This document shows positions 1 to 13,228 of a stretch of 64,000 nucleotides of DNA, piece after piece (position 1 is the stretch's first letter; the number at the start of each line of letters is the position of its first letter). The translations under genes and the position numbers were made by a program. Source of the stretch: Callorhinchus milii (taxonomy: Eukaryota); NCBI RefSeq assembly GCF_018977255.1, contig NW_024704742.1:134046001-134110000 (forward strand). The letters run 5' to 3'. The notes beneath the pieces are model-generated. The model did no database searches. It was not told the origin of the DNA and worked only from the letters and a program-made list of their open reading frames with translations.

Positions 1-35
1 TCAGAAAGAACACCCTGAGATGCAAGGAGAGCCAG
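1..35 (+). CDS. LMAN1: LMAN1 (ERGIC-53) internal coding exon, 5'-truncated by window edge
   Basis: Frame from nt 2 reads QKEHPEMQGEP, matching human QKGHPDLQGQP. Donor G|GTTAGG after 35 (phase 1) joins in frame to the exon at 886. Confidence 0.85.
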
Positions 36-885
36 GTTAGGGCAACACTCTTAATAAAAATATATGATTGTATTTGAGGCATTATACCTGTAACTATAAA
101 CTGATAGTGTTTGTGGAGGGAATTAAGTTTTTTTTAAGCAAGCAGTGCTTTTTTTTTAGTATTGGTACTTTAAGCTTACTTTGAGGGCACCAATGCTTTA
201 AGAAAAATCATGCAGTTGGGATGGGCAAGGAAGGTCACTTGTCCACTAAAAATAAATATATATATTCATTTGGTCGCTCAATCCACTATGTGACACGACT
301 ATGCGCAATTGGCTACCGCAGCTCGTCCACAAAGTATACAGTCAATTGACTTTACAGTAGATTCTGTGAAGCGCTTTGAGACGCATGATAAAGCTCTATA
401 TCAAATGCAAGGATTAGTATTATTAAAAGTAAGCGTCTTGAAAGAAAGTGCTTAAAAGCGAGTATTTTCAGGGGACGTTTTTTCTCTGCTTGGACATGAG
501 ATTTGTCCAATTCTATGTGGATATTGAACTTGAACTTAAGGAGGCTATAATATTGCCTGCATTTGGTACAGCACTTCACGTTGGGGGACGTCTCAAAGCA
601 CTTCACGGGATTTACTGTGAACTGTACTGACCGAATTTGTCTGTGACGCAGCAGCCAATTTGTGCGACACAACAGCTACAAAGTGAATAACAAATTTATC
701 TAAGGGATATAGTTCAACAACATTAACTTGCATTGTACAACGCCCTTCACATGTGATAGCATCTCAGCGAGCTGAAGGCAATTAACATTGTTGCAAAACG
801 TACCATCTTTAAAGTCACCAAGGGTTCTTCATTGAATCTCTGTAACGGGGTCTTTTTTCACCAAGATTCCCTTGCATTTCCGTAG

Positions 886-1073
886 CCGACATGTTCGAAA
901 CAGTCAACGAGCGTGAGCTGAGGCAGATCTTTGAGGGTCAAAATCGTGTTCACCTCGAAATCAAGCAGCTGAACCGACAGCTAGACATGATTCTGGATGA
1001 GCAAAGGAGATACGTCTCCCTCATGTCGGAGGAGATGAAGAAAGTGCCAAGCGGCCAGCCGCTAATGGGACAG
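886..1073 (+). CDS. LMAN1: LMAN1 coding exon (coiled-coil stalk)
   Basis: Acceptor CGTAG at 881-885. Reads (A)DMFETVNERELRQIFEGQNRVHLEIKQLNRQLDMILDEQRRYVS...GQ, near-identical to ERGIC-53. Donor CAG|GTGGGC. Confidence 0.97.
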
Positions 1074-1965
1074 GTGGGCAGTCCTTGATTCAGCCATGTT
1101 AACTCCAATGGCTTTATTTTTGCTTAATGCTTTGTAAACATAAAAAACAATAGCTTCCATTTACATAGCACCCTTCATGCACGGTAGGGTCCCGGAGTGC
1201 TCGAACAAAGTGTAGAACAAAATCTTATGTTTAAGGACTATGGTTGCCTGCGTTTTGTGTAGGTTACCACAGTTTTATCAGTGAACCTTCCAAGTTTAGC
1301 CAAGACACACTTCACAACATCTTGGTTCTTCCTTGACTTTTGAATTGCAATGAACCATCTGCACAGCTTTATGTGAACTGATTGAAATCTTATAGAAGAT
1401 GCAAACATGGAGGAATATGCCAACGTTATGACGGAATAGGGTTCAGGGTTGTGAGGGGGAAATTTAACATTGGCACAAGGTAATGACTGTATATGCAGCT
1501 TTGGTACCTTTCAACAAGGCCTCGGGTGGAGGTGCCAGAGAAAAATTGTTGACCATATGGTGGGGGGGAGAGAAAGAAGATCATCATCTTCAGGAGAGTT
1601 GGACAAGGATGAAAGTTAGTGGGCTGAAGGGGCGGGAGATGGGAAAGCCTCAGCATTGTGATTGTTGGCACATTCAGCCTACAGTCACCTTCCCCCGATT
1701 CGGCCTCGGGCTCCGCCATTGTTAGCTCTCTGAGACTCCGCTCGGACTAGAGGGCGCTATATACATGCAAATTGTTGTAAGACAATGCAAATATTTATTT
1801 GTATTCGGGCAATCTTTTATAGACGCACAAGAAACTTCTTAGCTTTTAGAAATATCTAAACTTTCTCGTTGTGGTTGTATTTATTATCTTGCATCCTATT
1901 AATAACCTGCTGGTATTTTTACTACCCTGGTTAAGTTTTTTTTAAATCTAATTTCTCTTTTTAAG

Positions 1966-2036
1966 GCCCACCAAGGACAATTGGAGAACATAATCCAATA
2001 CCAGCAGGAGGCGCTTAGGCATATTGGAGAATTGAG
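1966..2036 (+). CDS. LMAN1: LMAN1 coding exon (71 nt)
   Basis: Pyrimidine tract plus TTAAG acceptor. AHQGQLENIIQYQQEALRHIGEL(R) aligns with human ITQQELDTVVKTQHEILRQVNEMK. Donor AG|GTAAGG; phases 0/2 fit neighbouring exons. Confidence 0.9.
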
Positions 2037-2121
2037 GTAAGGGACTGATCAGTTCAAATACTAATGTTTATATATTAGTTAATTAACAAGAAAAGTTAAT
2101 TATCCTGTTTTAAATTAAATC

Positions 2122-2335
2122 TGGAATGCACTGCCTGAAAGGGTTGTGTGTGTGTATATATATATATTTAATAACAACATTCAAGGGGGAATTAGATAGG
2201 GAGTTGAAAAGGAAAAATTTGCAAGGATATGGGGAAAGAGGGAGGAGTGGGACTGGTTGGGCAGCTCTTCCAAAGAGTAGACACAGGCATGATGAGCCGA
2301 ATGGCCACCTTCTGTGCTATAATATTCTATGATTC
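2122..2335 (+). mobile_element. CR1 3' end fragment
   Basis: TGGAATGCACTGCCTGAAAGGG...GATGAGCCGAATGGCCACCTTCTGTGCTATAATATTCTATGATTCT, a typical CR1 terminus. Related fragments lie at about 3860-4230, 12637-12920, 22915-23150, 56640-56800 and 61455-61705 (+), and about 16998-17210 (-). Confidence 0.8.
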
Positions 2336-5300
2336 TAAGTGTGCGGGAAGGACTGCTGTTAAATATATATATTTCTCTTACCAAACCAGATTATCTGTTA
2401 AATTAAAACATCTCTCTGACCTGATGGGATGGAGTCTTAATGTCAGTCTTTCTTTTCAGGAGGAAGTTATTCTGCTGACCTCAGCAGTAAGTAGAGTGAA
2501 GCACCATCTACGTAGATAATTCATGAGCACCTTGGCCTTATCCTGGATTCCGATGACTAGGCTTACTGGCTGGAAGCATTTAGTAACATTATTGGGTTGG
2601 GTGTGGAGAAAGAGAGAGAAAATTGGATAGTCTATTGTGACAGCAGTGTAGTGCGGAGTACACTACAATGTTGAAATTGCCTCATTCAGATCAGATGTTT
2701 AAGCGGGGTCACATTGTTCTTGTTCAGGTGGAATACTAAAGATTCAAAAACTATTCAAAAGGAGAAAGGAATTTCTCCTGATGTTCTGCCCAACAATCCC
2801 TGTCATGAAATTGGTTATTCATTTCATGGTTGGAACATTGCAATGCATGAATTCGCTGCCGCAACGCCTACAAAACAATCAGTTCACTTTACAGTATATT
2901 CTGTGAAGCTCTCTGAGATGTCTTCCTGACGTGAAAGGCAAGAGGGATAAAAAGTCTGGGGAGGCAAGGAAAACAACTTGTATTTAATAATAATAATCCT
3001 TGCATTTGATATAGCGCTTTTCACATCTTCTCGACGACTCAAAGCGCTTCACAGAATAACAACAACTTGGATATATATAGCGCCTTCCACGTCGGGCGGC
3101 GTCTCAGCGCTTTACAGTCATGGATCCCGGGACCGAGCCAGGGGGAGGGGGCGGAAGGTGACCAAAGGCGCAGTCGAAAAGAAAGGTCTTCAGCAGAGAT
3201 CTGAAAATGTAAGGAAACTTGCCCAAGGTTTTGCCCTGCTTGGAATTGAACCCAGGCGGGGGTCTCGCTTGCAAGGCGAGTGCACTAACCACTGAGCTAC
3301 AGGACTCCACTGTGATTTATACTGCGCCTTTCACGCAGCAGAGAGTCTTGGAGAGCATATTGGTTAATTCAAACAGTTTGTTTTTCTAGTACTCTCCTTC
3401 CTTAGTCTTTCGTTTGAGAAATAGACTTGTGTTGCTATCCAAAAAAAATACTCATAGTAATGTCCTGCAGGTAAATATCACTTACCAAATGCCTTAATTA
3501 CAAACCTGCAGAGTACATAATGTTCTATTATTATATAGTGGCCATTTTTATAGGTAAACACAGCTGCAAATTGCTCCTCATTCCCTTCACTGAGCCATTG
3601 GTGCCCGAGCCTTTAATTACCATGATCTCTCATAGAAGACGTGAAAAGTGCTTTATCAAATGCAATTATTATCCAAAGGCACTGTTGGAAATACAGAAGG
3701 GTTTTTTCCCTGGTCTCCTGCCAAGACTCCTCAAGATTAGTTGACCTTTCACCTCGGGTCAGTTTGTGGGACCTTGCAGTTAAAAATTGCTGTATGGCTG
3801 TAAATGCTGTCTGGGACAGAAATAAAAAAGTTAAAATGTGCAATAGGCATTTCATAACCTCTATAACTTCAAAGCGTAGTTGAAATCTGGAACCCTCTAC
3901 CCCAAAACGCTGTGGATGCTGGAGAAATTATTGGGAGAATCAAGAATCCAGAACAGGGGGTGTAATCTTAAAATTAGAAATAGGCCATTTAGGAGTGAAA
4001 TCAGGAAGCATTTTTTCACACAAAGGCTAGTGGAAATCTGGAATTCTCTCCATCTAAAGGTTGTGGTGGCTGGTCCATTCACATTTTCAAGACTGAGAGG
4101 GATAGATTTCTGTTAGGTAAGGATGTCAAGGGATATGGGGCAATGGTGGGCATTTGGAGTTGAGGTACATATCACCATGTAGAATGGCAGAACAGGCTCA
4201 AGGGGCTGAATGGCCTACCCTGTTCCTATGCCTTGCACTTTTTTTTCTAATATTGTATTCCAATTCCTACTAGTATCCAGTTAATTTCTGCACAAGCAAA
4301 TAGGTTGAACCAAGTCAAGTCAATGTACCAACTTAAGTCAATGTACAACTTGTGTGTATCTAATTCTCAAAAGGTGTCACAGATTCTTGTTTTTACAATG
4401 GATCAAATGTGATTGAATTACCAGGACAACTGAACAAAGGAGGTCATCCCTGGAAGTTATGGATTAGACACATCAATTTATTGCTTGTCCATTCAACAGG
4501 GCCTTTGGATTTAATAATCTTTTCTTTAAGTCCAAGAAAACAAATTAGATTTCCTTCCGATTAGTGCCTTGTCTCATTCTGTCTTTCTTTCCACCACAGT
4601 GCCCCCCCCTCCCCCCATGCTGTTCATTAATGTGCATCAGAGCGATGACATGTCCTATCAAAAAATTTACTGGATTAAAGAATGTCTTTGGGTAAAAACA
4701 TGAGTAACAATTGCAGCCTCGCGTCTTAAGTCTTAAGAGAGCAGCTCCCTTAGCTTTATAGTGGATTTGCTTGTTCAATTTCTTAGAATTATTAATCGCC
4801 TCAATCAGAACATCAAAGAATATATAGAACAACAAGTTGTAATTTTTGAGGCAACATGATCTTTTATGATTATTAACTGCTAAGCAGTTATCTCTGTCAG
4901 AAGGATTGGGGGGAAAAAATTGTGTCATCATGTCTTAATGCTCCCAAATTAGAACTTTTCATTGTTGGAGAGGTCTGAGTTTAATCACTTATTGCACATT
5001 TCCTTTTATGACTCCTTTGGATTCATGAACAACCTAACAATTTAATTCATAGATGTCCTTCCTAATTGTTTTTTTCATTACATTTTGCTAAGATGCTCTG
5101 TTCATGTAGATGCCCATTTATTAATCTGCATCATCCTCTTAGAAGAATGCAGAAATTAGGTTTGTTCTTTGGTAAAGCTCCCTCCTTTGGGAATTTTCCC
5201 CTCTCACAAAAGATTGTTTTACCCAACTTCTTTGTGCTGTCAGATGAGAATTTAGAGATCAAGGTATTTAATGAAACTGTGCTCTTTGATATTTTTTTAA

Positions 5301-5499
5301 ACAAAGAAACACAAAAACAGCTTGAAGAATACAAAAAATGGGCTGATGGGTTACTTCTGTGTGGCAGGAGGAATGCATTTTAAAAGTTGTGAAAGGGAAG
5401 AAGGGTGAAATAAAAAAAAGTCTGTTTATTTAGCTTTTCTGCACCCTATCTCTTGTTTCTTAATAATAATCCTTGCATTTGATATAGTGCCTTATAGCA

Positions 5500-7195
5500 T
5501 GGAGACTGTAGCTCAGTGATTAGCGCATTTGCCTCGCAAGCGAGAGGACCTAGATTTCCCAGCAGGGCAAAACAAATAAGTTTCCTTACGCCTGTTTACC
5601 TAGCAGTAAGTAGGAATCCGCTTGATAGTTGATTGGCAGATCACTTTTACGGGGGTAATAATTCCTTCAAATTAATAAAAATAATTTGGTCACTCATTAC
5701 ATGACTTTCTGTGGGACACTGCTGTGTGTGATTGGCTGTGGCGTTTCATTTGGCCCAACTGGTCTATGCCGGTGTTTATGCTCCATATGAGCCTCCTCCT
5801 GCCCTTCCTCAACTAAGCCTTTCAAGCATAACCTCTATTCCTTTCTCCCTCATGTACCTATCTAGCTTCCCCTTAAATACATCTAAGCTATTTGCCTCAA
5901 CAACTCCTTGTGGTAGCATGTTCCACATTCCCACTACTCTCCGTGTGAAGAAATTTCTTCTAACTTCCCTATTTGATCTATTTGTGACCATTTTATATTG
6001 ATGGTCCCTGGTTTTGGTCTCCCCCACAAGTGGAAACATATTCCCGATGTCTATCCCTATCAAAACCCATCATCATTTTAAAGATCTCTCTCAAGTCACC
6101 CTTACCTTCCTCTTTTCAAGAGAAGAGAGTCCAAGTATGTTCAGCCTTTCCTGATAGGTATAACTTCTCAGTTCTGGGATCATCCTTGTGAATCTCCTTT
6201 GCACCCTCTCCAGTGCCTCTACATCTCTTCTATAATGTGGGGACCTGAACTGCACACAGTATTCTAAGTGTGGTCTAACCAAGGTTCTAGAGACGTTTAC
6301 CATAACTTCCCTGCTTTTCATTTCTATCCCTCTAGAAATGAACCCCAATGCCTGGTTTGCTTTTTTAATGGCCTTATTAACCTGCGTTGCTACTTTTAGT
6401 GAATTGTGTGTGTGTACCCCTATGTCCCGTTGCTCCTCTACCCCATTTAGGTTTGTATTTTCCAGGATGTATGTAACTTCCTTATACCTTCTACCAAAAT
6501 GTACCACCTCACACTTTTCTACGTTGAAAAACATTTGCCATTTAAATACCCACTCAGCATGTTTATTAATGTCTTGCTGTAATTTGTTGCAGTTCTCCTG
6601 TGTATTAACTCCCACAATGTGGTGTCATCTGCAAATTTTGAAATTGTACTGCTGATTTCCAAATCATTGATCTATATTGTGAGCAGTGGTCCCAGTACCG
6701 ATCCTTGTGCAATACCACTATAGTTCCCTGGGCTTGTTCTATCTCCCTTTTTAAATATAGGTATAGCATTAGCTATCTTCCAGTCACTATTCCCTTTTCT
6801 AATGAGCGATATATGTGTAATAGTGCATCTGCTATCTCTTCTCTCGATTCTTTTAATATATGTGGATACAATTCACCTGGACCAGGAGTTTTATCCTCTC
6901 TTGAGTTTCGTTAGTTTTTCGATTATATCTCCTCTTTGTATCTTAAATGTATTTATATTATTGTCGATCTCTTCTTCTACTGTCATGTCCACCTGGTCCG
7001 TCTCCCTGGTGAGGTATAATCGAAAGGGGAGATATAATCAAAAACTAATGAAACTCAGAGAGGATAAAACCCCTGGTCCAGGTGGATTGCATCCACATAT
7101 ACAGTCAATTTACTTTACAGTATATTCTGTGAAGCACTTTGAAACGTCTCAATGACGTGATAAGGCGCTATATCAAGTGCAAGGATCACTATTAT
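5500..7195 (+). mobile_element. tRNA-Ala SINE (head 5500-5745, tail about 7097-7195) split by a CR1 insertion
   Basis: A-box TAGCTCAGTGA head and Deu-like segment end at ..GGCGTTTC. The tail resumes at ATACAGTCAATT..GCAAGG. Confidence 0.75.
5746..7096 (-). mobile_element. CR1 LINE fragment (ORF2 RT C-terminus and 3'UTR), degenerate
   Basis: Minus-strand ORFs contain CR1 motifs WQMFFNVEKCEVVHFG, LVRPHLEYCVQFRSPHY, LERVQRRFTRMIP, RRNFFTRRVVGMWN and KTPGPGELYP. Confidence 0.92.
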
Positions 7196-7255
7196 GTCAT
7201 CGAGACATCTCAAAGCACTTCACATAATATACTGTAAAGTGAATGGACTGTATAT

Positions 7256-8617
7256 CATGGAATCGTACAGCACAAAAAGTGGTCATTCGGCCCATCGAAT
7301 CTGTTCCGGCTCTTTGAAAAGAGCAACGTAATATCAATCCCACTCCCCAGCCCTTTCCCCATAACACTGCAGACATGTCCTCCTCAAATACCCCTCCAAT
7401 TTTTAAAAGTTGTTATTGAATCGGCCTCAACCACCCTTTCAGGCAATGCGTTCCAGATTCGAACTCTCTACGTAAAAGAATTTCTTCGCACCTCCCCTCT
7501 GCTTCTTTTAGAGACTATTTTAAATCTGTGACCTCGAGTCACCGACACACCCACCAGTGGAAACAGTTTTTCCCTTTCTAACCTATCAAATCCCCTCATG
7601 ATTTTGAAGACCTCTATTAGGTCTCCTCGTAACCTTCTCTGCTCCAATGAGAATAATCCCGGCCTCTCGAGCCTTTCCTCATAATCAACGTCCCTCATTC
7701 CTGGTACCATCCTCGTAAATCTCCTCTGCACCCTTTCCAATGCCTTAACATCCTTCCTATAGTGTGGTGCCCAGAACTGGGTGCAGTATTCTAACTGAAG
7801 CCTAACCAGTATTTTATATAGGTTAATCATAACCTCCTGACTCTTGCACCTATTAATAAATTAATAAATTAATAAATTTAATATTAATTAATAAATAAAT
7901 TAATAAAGCCTAGTATCCCATATGCCCTTTTAACAGCTTTATCTACCTGTCCTGCCACCTTCAAGGATTCATTTACCTGAACCCCCCAGGTCTCTCTGTT
8001 CTTTTACCCCCTCAAGATTGTATTACCAGCCTATATTGCCTCCCCTCATTCTTTCTACCAAAATGCATTACCTCGCATTTCTCCACATTAAAATTCATCT
8101 GCCATGTGTCTGCCCATTTTATCATTCTGTCTGTCTTCCTGCAGTTGGCCACTGTCCTTCTCACTGTTTACTACCCTATCTAACTTTGTGTTGTCCGCAA
8201 ACTTGGAAATGGTACTTGCTATACCTAAGTCCAGATCATTTATCTATATTAAGAAGAGCAGTGGTCCTAATACCGATCCCCGGGGGACGCCACTATATAC
8301 TTCCCTCCAGTCAGAAAAGCAGCCATTCACCACAACTCTCTGCTTTCTGTATCCCAGCCAGTTCTGGATCCGCTGCCACTGTCCCTTTTATACCAGGGGC
8401 TTCTATCTTTCTTACAAGTCTTTCATGTGCACTTTGACAAATGCCTTTTGAAAGTCCATATAAACTACATTAACTGCACTAACTTTATCCACCCTCTCTG
8501 TTACCTCATCAAAAAATTCTATTAGATTTGTTAGACAAGATTTGCCTTTAACAAATCCGTGCTGACTGTTCCTAATTAATCCATATTCTTCTAAGTGGAG
8601 ATTTATCCTGTCCCAGA
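7256..8617 (-). mobile_element. CR1 LINE fragment nested in a minus-strand SINE (SINE parts about 7195-7255 and 8618-8880)
   Basis: Motifs SQHGFVKGKSCLTNLIEFFDEVT, VYMDFQKAF and LEYCTQFWAPHYRKDVKALERVQRRFTRM. The CR1 3' tail abuts the SINE tail. Confidence 0.92.
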
Positions 8618-10950
8618 TATATTGTGGATGAAATGCGGAAGCCAATTTCACACTGCAGTGTCCTACAAACAGTCATGGATTGAGTTACCAAATTATTATC
8701 ATTTTTTTAAGGGATTATTACCCCCAGAAAAGCAATCTCCCAATTGACTGACAACTGGGTTCCTACTTACTGAGACGTGTGGAGTAAGGACACTTGCCTA
8801 ACATTTCGCCCCGCCCGGGATTCGAACCTGGTTCTTCTCCTTGAGAGGCGAGTGCTCTAACCACTACTCTGCAGGACTCCTCTGTTTTAAATATCCCAGG
8901 ATTCTCAGAACCAAGTGCTTAAGACTTTATGCATCAAAATAGCTTTCTGTTCACTGAAAAGCATAGCAATAAAGTGTTTTGAGCCAGACTGTGCACACTG
9001 GTATAATTTCCATATTATTGTATCCCTGCCTTGTATGATGCCCCACTATAAATTTTGGCACTGTAGATCGAAGTTACAGAAAGCGAGTGTTGCAATATAT
9101 TCTCCGATTGCTATTATGGTTACTCATTGAGAATCACTGGATAAAGTGCAGAGATCCACAGAGTGCATAATGTGCTCTCCTGTTATTGACCATTGCTGCT
9201 ATAATTTGAACAGTCATATAGATGTCACTGAGGGGCAAACATTTAAACCTTCTCAATCAGAAACAATTTTATAACCTCCAAGGCACCGCAGTTTGCAAGT
9301 ATTTGTCAGTGTACCAAGAGCTGAAAATTGAGTATATAGTATCTTATAAATCTACTCAATAAGCCTAAAAGTGTGCCAGATGTTTTACTGTTGAACAAAA
9401 ATGGCTGGATTTCTGAAACCTTGCTTAGCAGCAAATAACCTCACAGCAATAAGCTTCCACAAACCAATTTGCTAGGCAGGCTCGTGCGGCTTCACCTATT
9501 GAAGGATTGAACTAGCTGTAATGCTCCGCATGTTCAATAGTTAGTCTTTATTTTCCTCGTCACCACCATCACTATCTGCAAATTGTGACTGCACTTTTAT
9601 ACCTAGCAGTAAGTAGGAACCCTATTGTTAGTCGATTGGTGGATTGCTTTTTGGGGGTAATAATCCCCTCAAAAAAAATTTTTTGTAAATAATTTAATTG
9701 TTCAATCCACCACTACCAATTCACTTTACAGTATATTCTGTAAAGTGCTTTGAGATGTCTCAACGACGTTATAGGATTTACTGTGAAATGCAATGACGCG
9801 GCAACTAATTTGCGTACACCAATGGCCCACAAACAGCCCATTTTTACGATTTTTGGGGGAATAGTGTCATGAGATCTTTAACATCCACCTGAACAGGCAG
9901 ACCATACTATGCAGCTCTAATATGAACCACATTCACTATACCTTCATTTCCATCTGCGATCACTGTTTATTGCCAGGTGAAATTCTTCTCTCATTGCCCT
10001 AGTATTTATTTAGCCAAATCAGAAGAGAGCTAAGAGGACCCAATTTGAATCAAGTGCATGGTTTCAGACAGATTAACTGAGAAATGGTTCAAAGATCAAA
10101 TCCATCATCGTATATTAATGCTAACAGACAATGGATTAAAGACCAAATGAAGCAAAAATGCTGTTATCTTCTATTTTAATTACTTTTCAGAATTGCGAAT
10201 AGGCAGCGCACATTCACACAAAAAACACCCTGCATTTGTCAATTTTTACTAAAGTGAATGCAGTTGACATTTTCTAATGCAAATAATAAATTTGAAATGT
10301 ACTCTTTCTTTAAATCGTCTTTGGCTGTATTGTGCGTTGCATTAAGCTTTTCTCAAAGTAATTTCTCTCCTCCCATTTTACAATCTGTATATCTCATTTT
10401 TATTCTTTATATAGTGCCGACCTCCTGGAACTTTGCTCAGCTACCAATCTCCTGCCAAGGTGATCTGAGCCTGCCTGAGTCAGAATCCAGCTCCTCAAAA
10501 GCAATAGCAACAACAACTTGCATTTACGTAGAGCCTCTCACACAGGGTAGTTTCCCAGAGCGCTTAACAGTGACGGAGCACGATGCTGAGCCAGGAGGAG
10601 GGGGAGATGTCCATAAGCAGGATTGAGATCACCGTTTAAGCCAAGTTCCAGCACAGTATACACAGGATTTACTGTTTGCAAGGCCTTTTGCAAATACCAA
10701 ATTTAACTAATTTTAAAAACTTACACTTAATACAGCACCTTTCACATTGGGAGGACATCTCAAAATGCTTTACAGGTTTTACACTAAGGTCCAGTTAATT
10801 TTTGATGTAGGTGTACGAGGCAGCCACTTTGCACATCATGTCCCACAAACAGCCATGAAGTAAATGACCTTTTTTTAAAAAAAAATATATTATCTGGAGA
10901 TTGTTGACCAGGACCATGGAAGAAACTCTCTTCGCTTTTCTTCGCTTTTC

Positions 10951-11408
10951 TGTAGCTCAGTGGTTAGAGCACTCGCTTTGCAAGTGAGAGACCTGAGTTC
11001 AATTCCAGGCAGAGGGCGAAACCTTGGGCAAGTTTCCTTACTCCACACAAAAGAGCCTAATAATAATCCCTCCAAAAACAATAATAAATTGGTCATTTTC
11101 AATCTATGACTGTTTGTGGGACATTGCTGTGCGCAATTGGCTGCCGCGTTCGCCCACAAATAATAATAATAATAATAATCCTTGCATTTGAGATAGCGCT
11201 TTTCACGTCGGGAGGACGTCCCAAAGCGCTTCACAGAACACACTGTAAAGTGAATTGACTGTATATTTGTGGGCGAACGCGGCAGCCAATTGCGCACAGC
11301 AATGTCCCACAAATACAGTCAATTCACTTTACAGTGTGTTCTGTGAAGCGTTTTGGGACGTCCTCCCAACGTGAAAAGCGCTATATCAAATGCAAGGATT
11401 ATTATTAT
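10951..11408 (+). mobile_element. Young tRNA-Ala SINE with an internal inverted duplication
   Basis: A-box TAGCTCAGTGG, anticodon-like TTGCAA, B-box GAGTTCAATTCC. Inverted tail at 11161-11312; forward tail at 11313-11408. Confidence 0.9.
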
Positions 11409-11735
11409 AAATAGCAGCATAGGATCTTTTAACATCCATTGAATAAGCAAACGAGACCTTGATTTAAAGTCTAATCCAAAGGACGGCATCTCCAACAATG
11501 TAACACACCTTAGCATTGCACTGGAGTTCAAAGTCCTGACATGGGGGCAGGAGCCTACAACTTTGACTGAGGCGAGAGTGCCACCAACTGAACCGGGCTA
11601 ATGAAATGTGTGACTTGGGTACATCAAATGCAGGGGTTATTTATACAGTAATTTTTTCATTTGAAAAAAAAACTGAATTAAACTACATTTCTCAAAGTCC
11701 ATTTTACTCACAAATCTAAATCATCTTTATTCCAG

Positions 11736-11883
11736 GAGTTCTATCACCAACGCTGTGCATCATGCAATTCAAGTGTCAGGCGGTGCAACAGGAGGTTATG
11801 AAAATGTTCAACATTTCAATGATATAAAGGAACATCTTCATGTAGTAAAAAGAGAACTTGGAACTTTAGTACAAAGAAATGTG
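11736..11883 (+). CDS. LMAN1: LMAN1 coding exon
   Basis: Acceptor TCCAG. Reads SSITNAVHHAIQVSGGATGGYENVQHFNDIKEHLHVVKRELGTLVQRNV (human ..GGVYETTQHFIDIKEHLHIVKRDIDNLVQRNM). Donor GTG|GTGAGT. Confidence 0.95.
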
Positions 11884-13106
11884 GTGAGTCTGACCTGATG
11901 AATTGAGTGCTTAACATTGTTAACTCGTTAAGTTCAAAATCACAAAACATTTGGATTGAATACCGGATTGTAACTTGATGTTTTTGAAGCTGTAAAAGTT
12001 ACAAAATAATTGCATCCTAACCTAACCTTAGTTATGGACTCGAATTTGCAAGAGAAATCTTACTGTGTTAGGCAACATGCAAGGGTTTAATAGCGGAGTA
12101 ATGAGGAATTCAGAGGATGTAATAGACTTCAGGTCAATCTAATGAGTCTGCAGGTGCTAGATATAGGTCTGTCACCTCCCTTATATATTGGAGTCTAAGG
12201 AGGAATTTCCCAATTTCAACTAGATGTGTGAAGGAGCCTTCCTGTATAAGATCAAATCTCTACCAACCACAGTGTAGGTAGATGTTTGATCATTGTTGGG
12301 TGAGAGTTTCTATTGCAGGATATATATTGGTTTATTTTATTCCAGATTTATTCAGTGTGTAAGGAAAGGTATGTAAAAAAAGAAAGGCCTTCGCTAATTT
12401 GGGAGAGAGTGAGATAAGTAAATAAGTACACTCAGGCAAGTAAATTGTTTTTCGATCTGTATCCTGTAAATTTAATGATGTTTCTATATGTAGACTTTCG
12501 GATGTTGTGAGAGGTAATATTTTTAACAACTTGCATTTATATAGCATCTTGGAATGCTGCAAGGAATATTATCTGTTTTAAGTCTGGGCATTTGGATTAT
12601 TCTTTATAATATGCCATTAGATTGTTTTTCTGAGTGGAGGATCCACAGGACACAGATTTAAGATAATTGGCAAAAGAACCAGAGCGGAGATGAGGAGAAT
12701 TATTTTTCCCAGCGAGTTGTTACCACCGGGAATGCACTGCCTGAAAGGGTGGTGGAAGCAGATTCAATAATAACTTCCAAAAGCGAATTGGATATATGCT
12801 TGGAAAAAATAAAAAATTGCAAGGCTATATATCGGAAACGGTTGGGGTATTGAGACTAATTGGATAGCTCTTTCAAAGGCACAGGCACGATGGGCCTCCT
12901 TCAGTACTGTAGGATTCTGTGAGTTTCTGTATGAGTTGTACTGTCAGCACTGTTGACTTCTAGAAGATTTGCAGCTGAAATTTACACAGAATATTGCTTC
13001 TTGTTTTACTGGGGATTGGTAGTATTCGTGTGTGTAGCATTGTCGTGTTCATTCTAGTCACAGTGGTGAAGTCTAAACTAATGCATTTTTACTGTCTTTC
13101 CCACAG

Positions 13107-13228
13107 GCATACGTGGAAAAACCTAAATGTCCCGAAATACCCCCTTTCCCGTCTTGTTTATCAACGACTCATTTCTTCATATTTGTAGCATTTCAAACAG
13201 TATTGTTTATTGGGTATATCATGTATAG
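13107..13228 (+). CDS. LMAN1: LMAN1 coding exon (juxtamembrane cysteines and transmembrane helix)
   Basis: Acceptor CCACAG. Reads AYVEKPKCPEIPPFPSCLSTTHFFIFVAFQTVLFIGYIMY(R). Donor AG|GTAAGT. Confidence 0.97.

Noticed and set aside
6091..6615. 174-aa ORF
   Set aside because: Fragment of a dead CR1 ORF2 with flanking frameshifts.
10890..11531. Recurrent ORFs of the type MWDIAVRNW.. / ..KCKDYYYY / ..[10 protein letters not shown] across the window
   Set aside because: They are translations of the same SINE in different frames, with no splice or codon support for a gene family.
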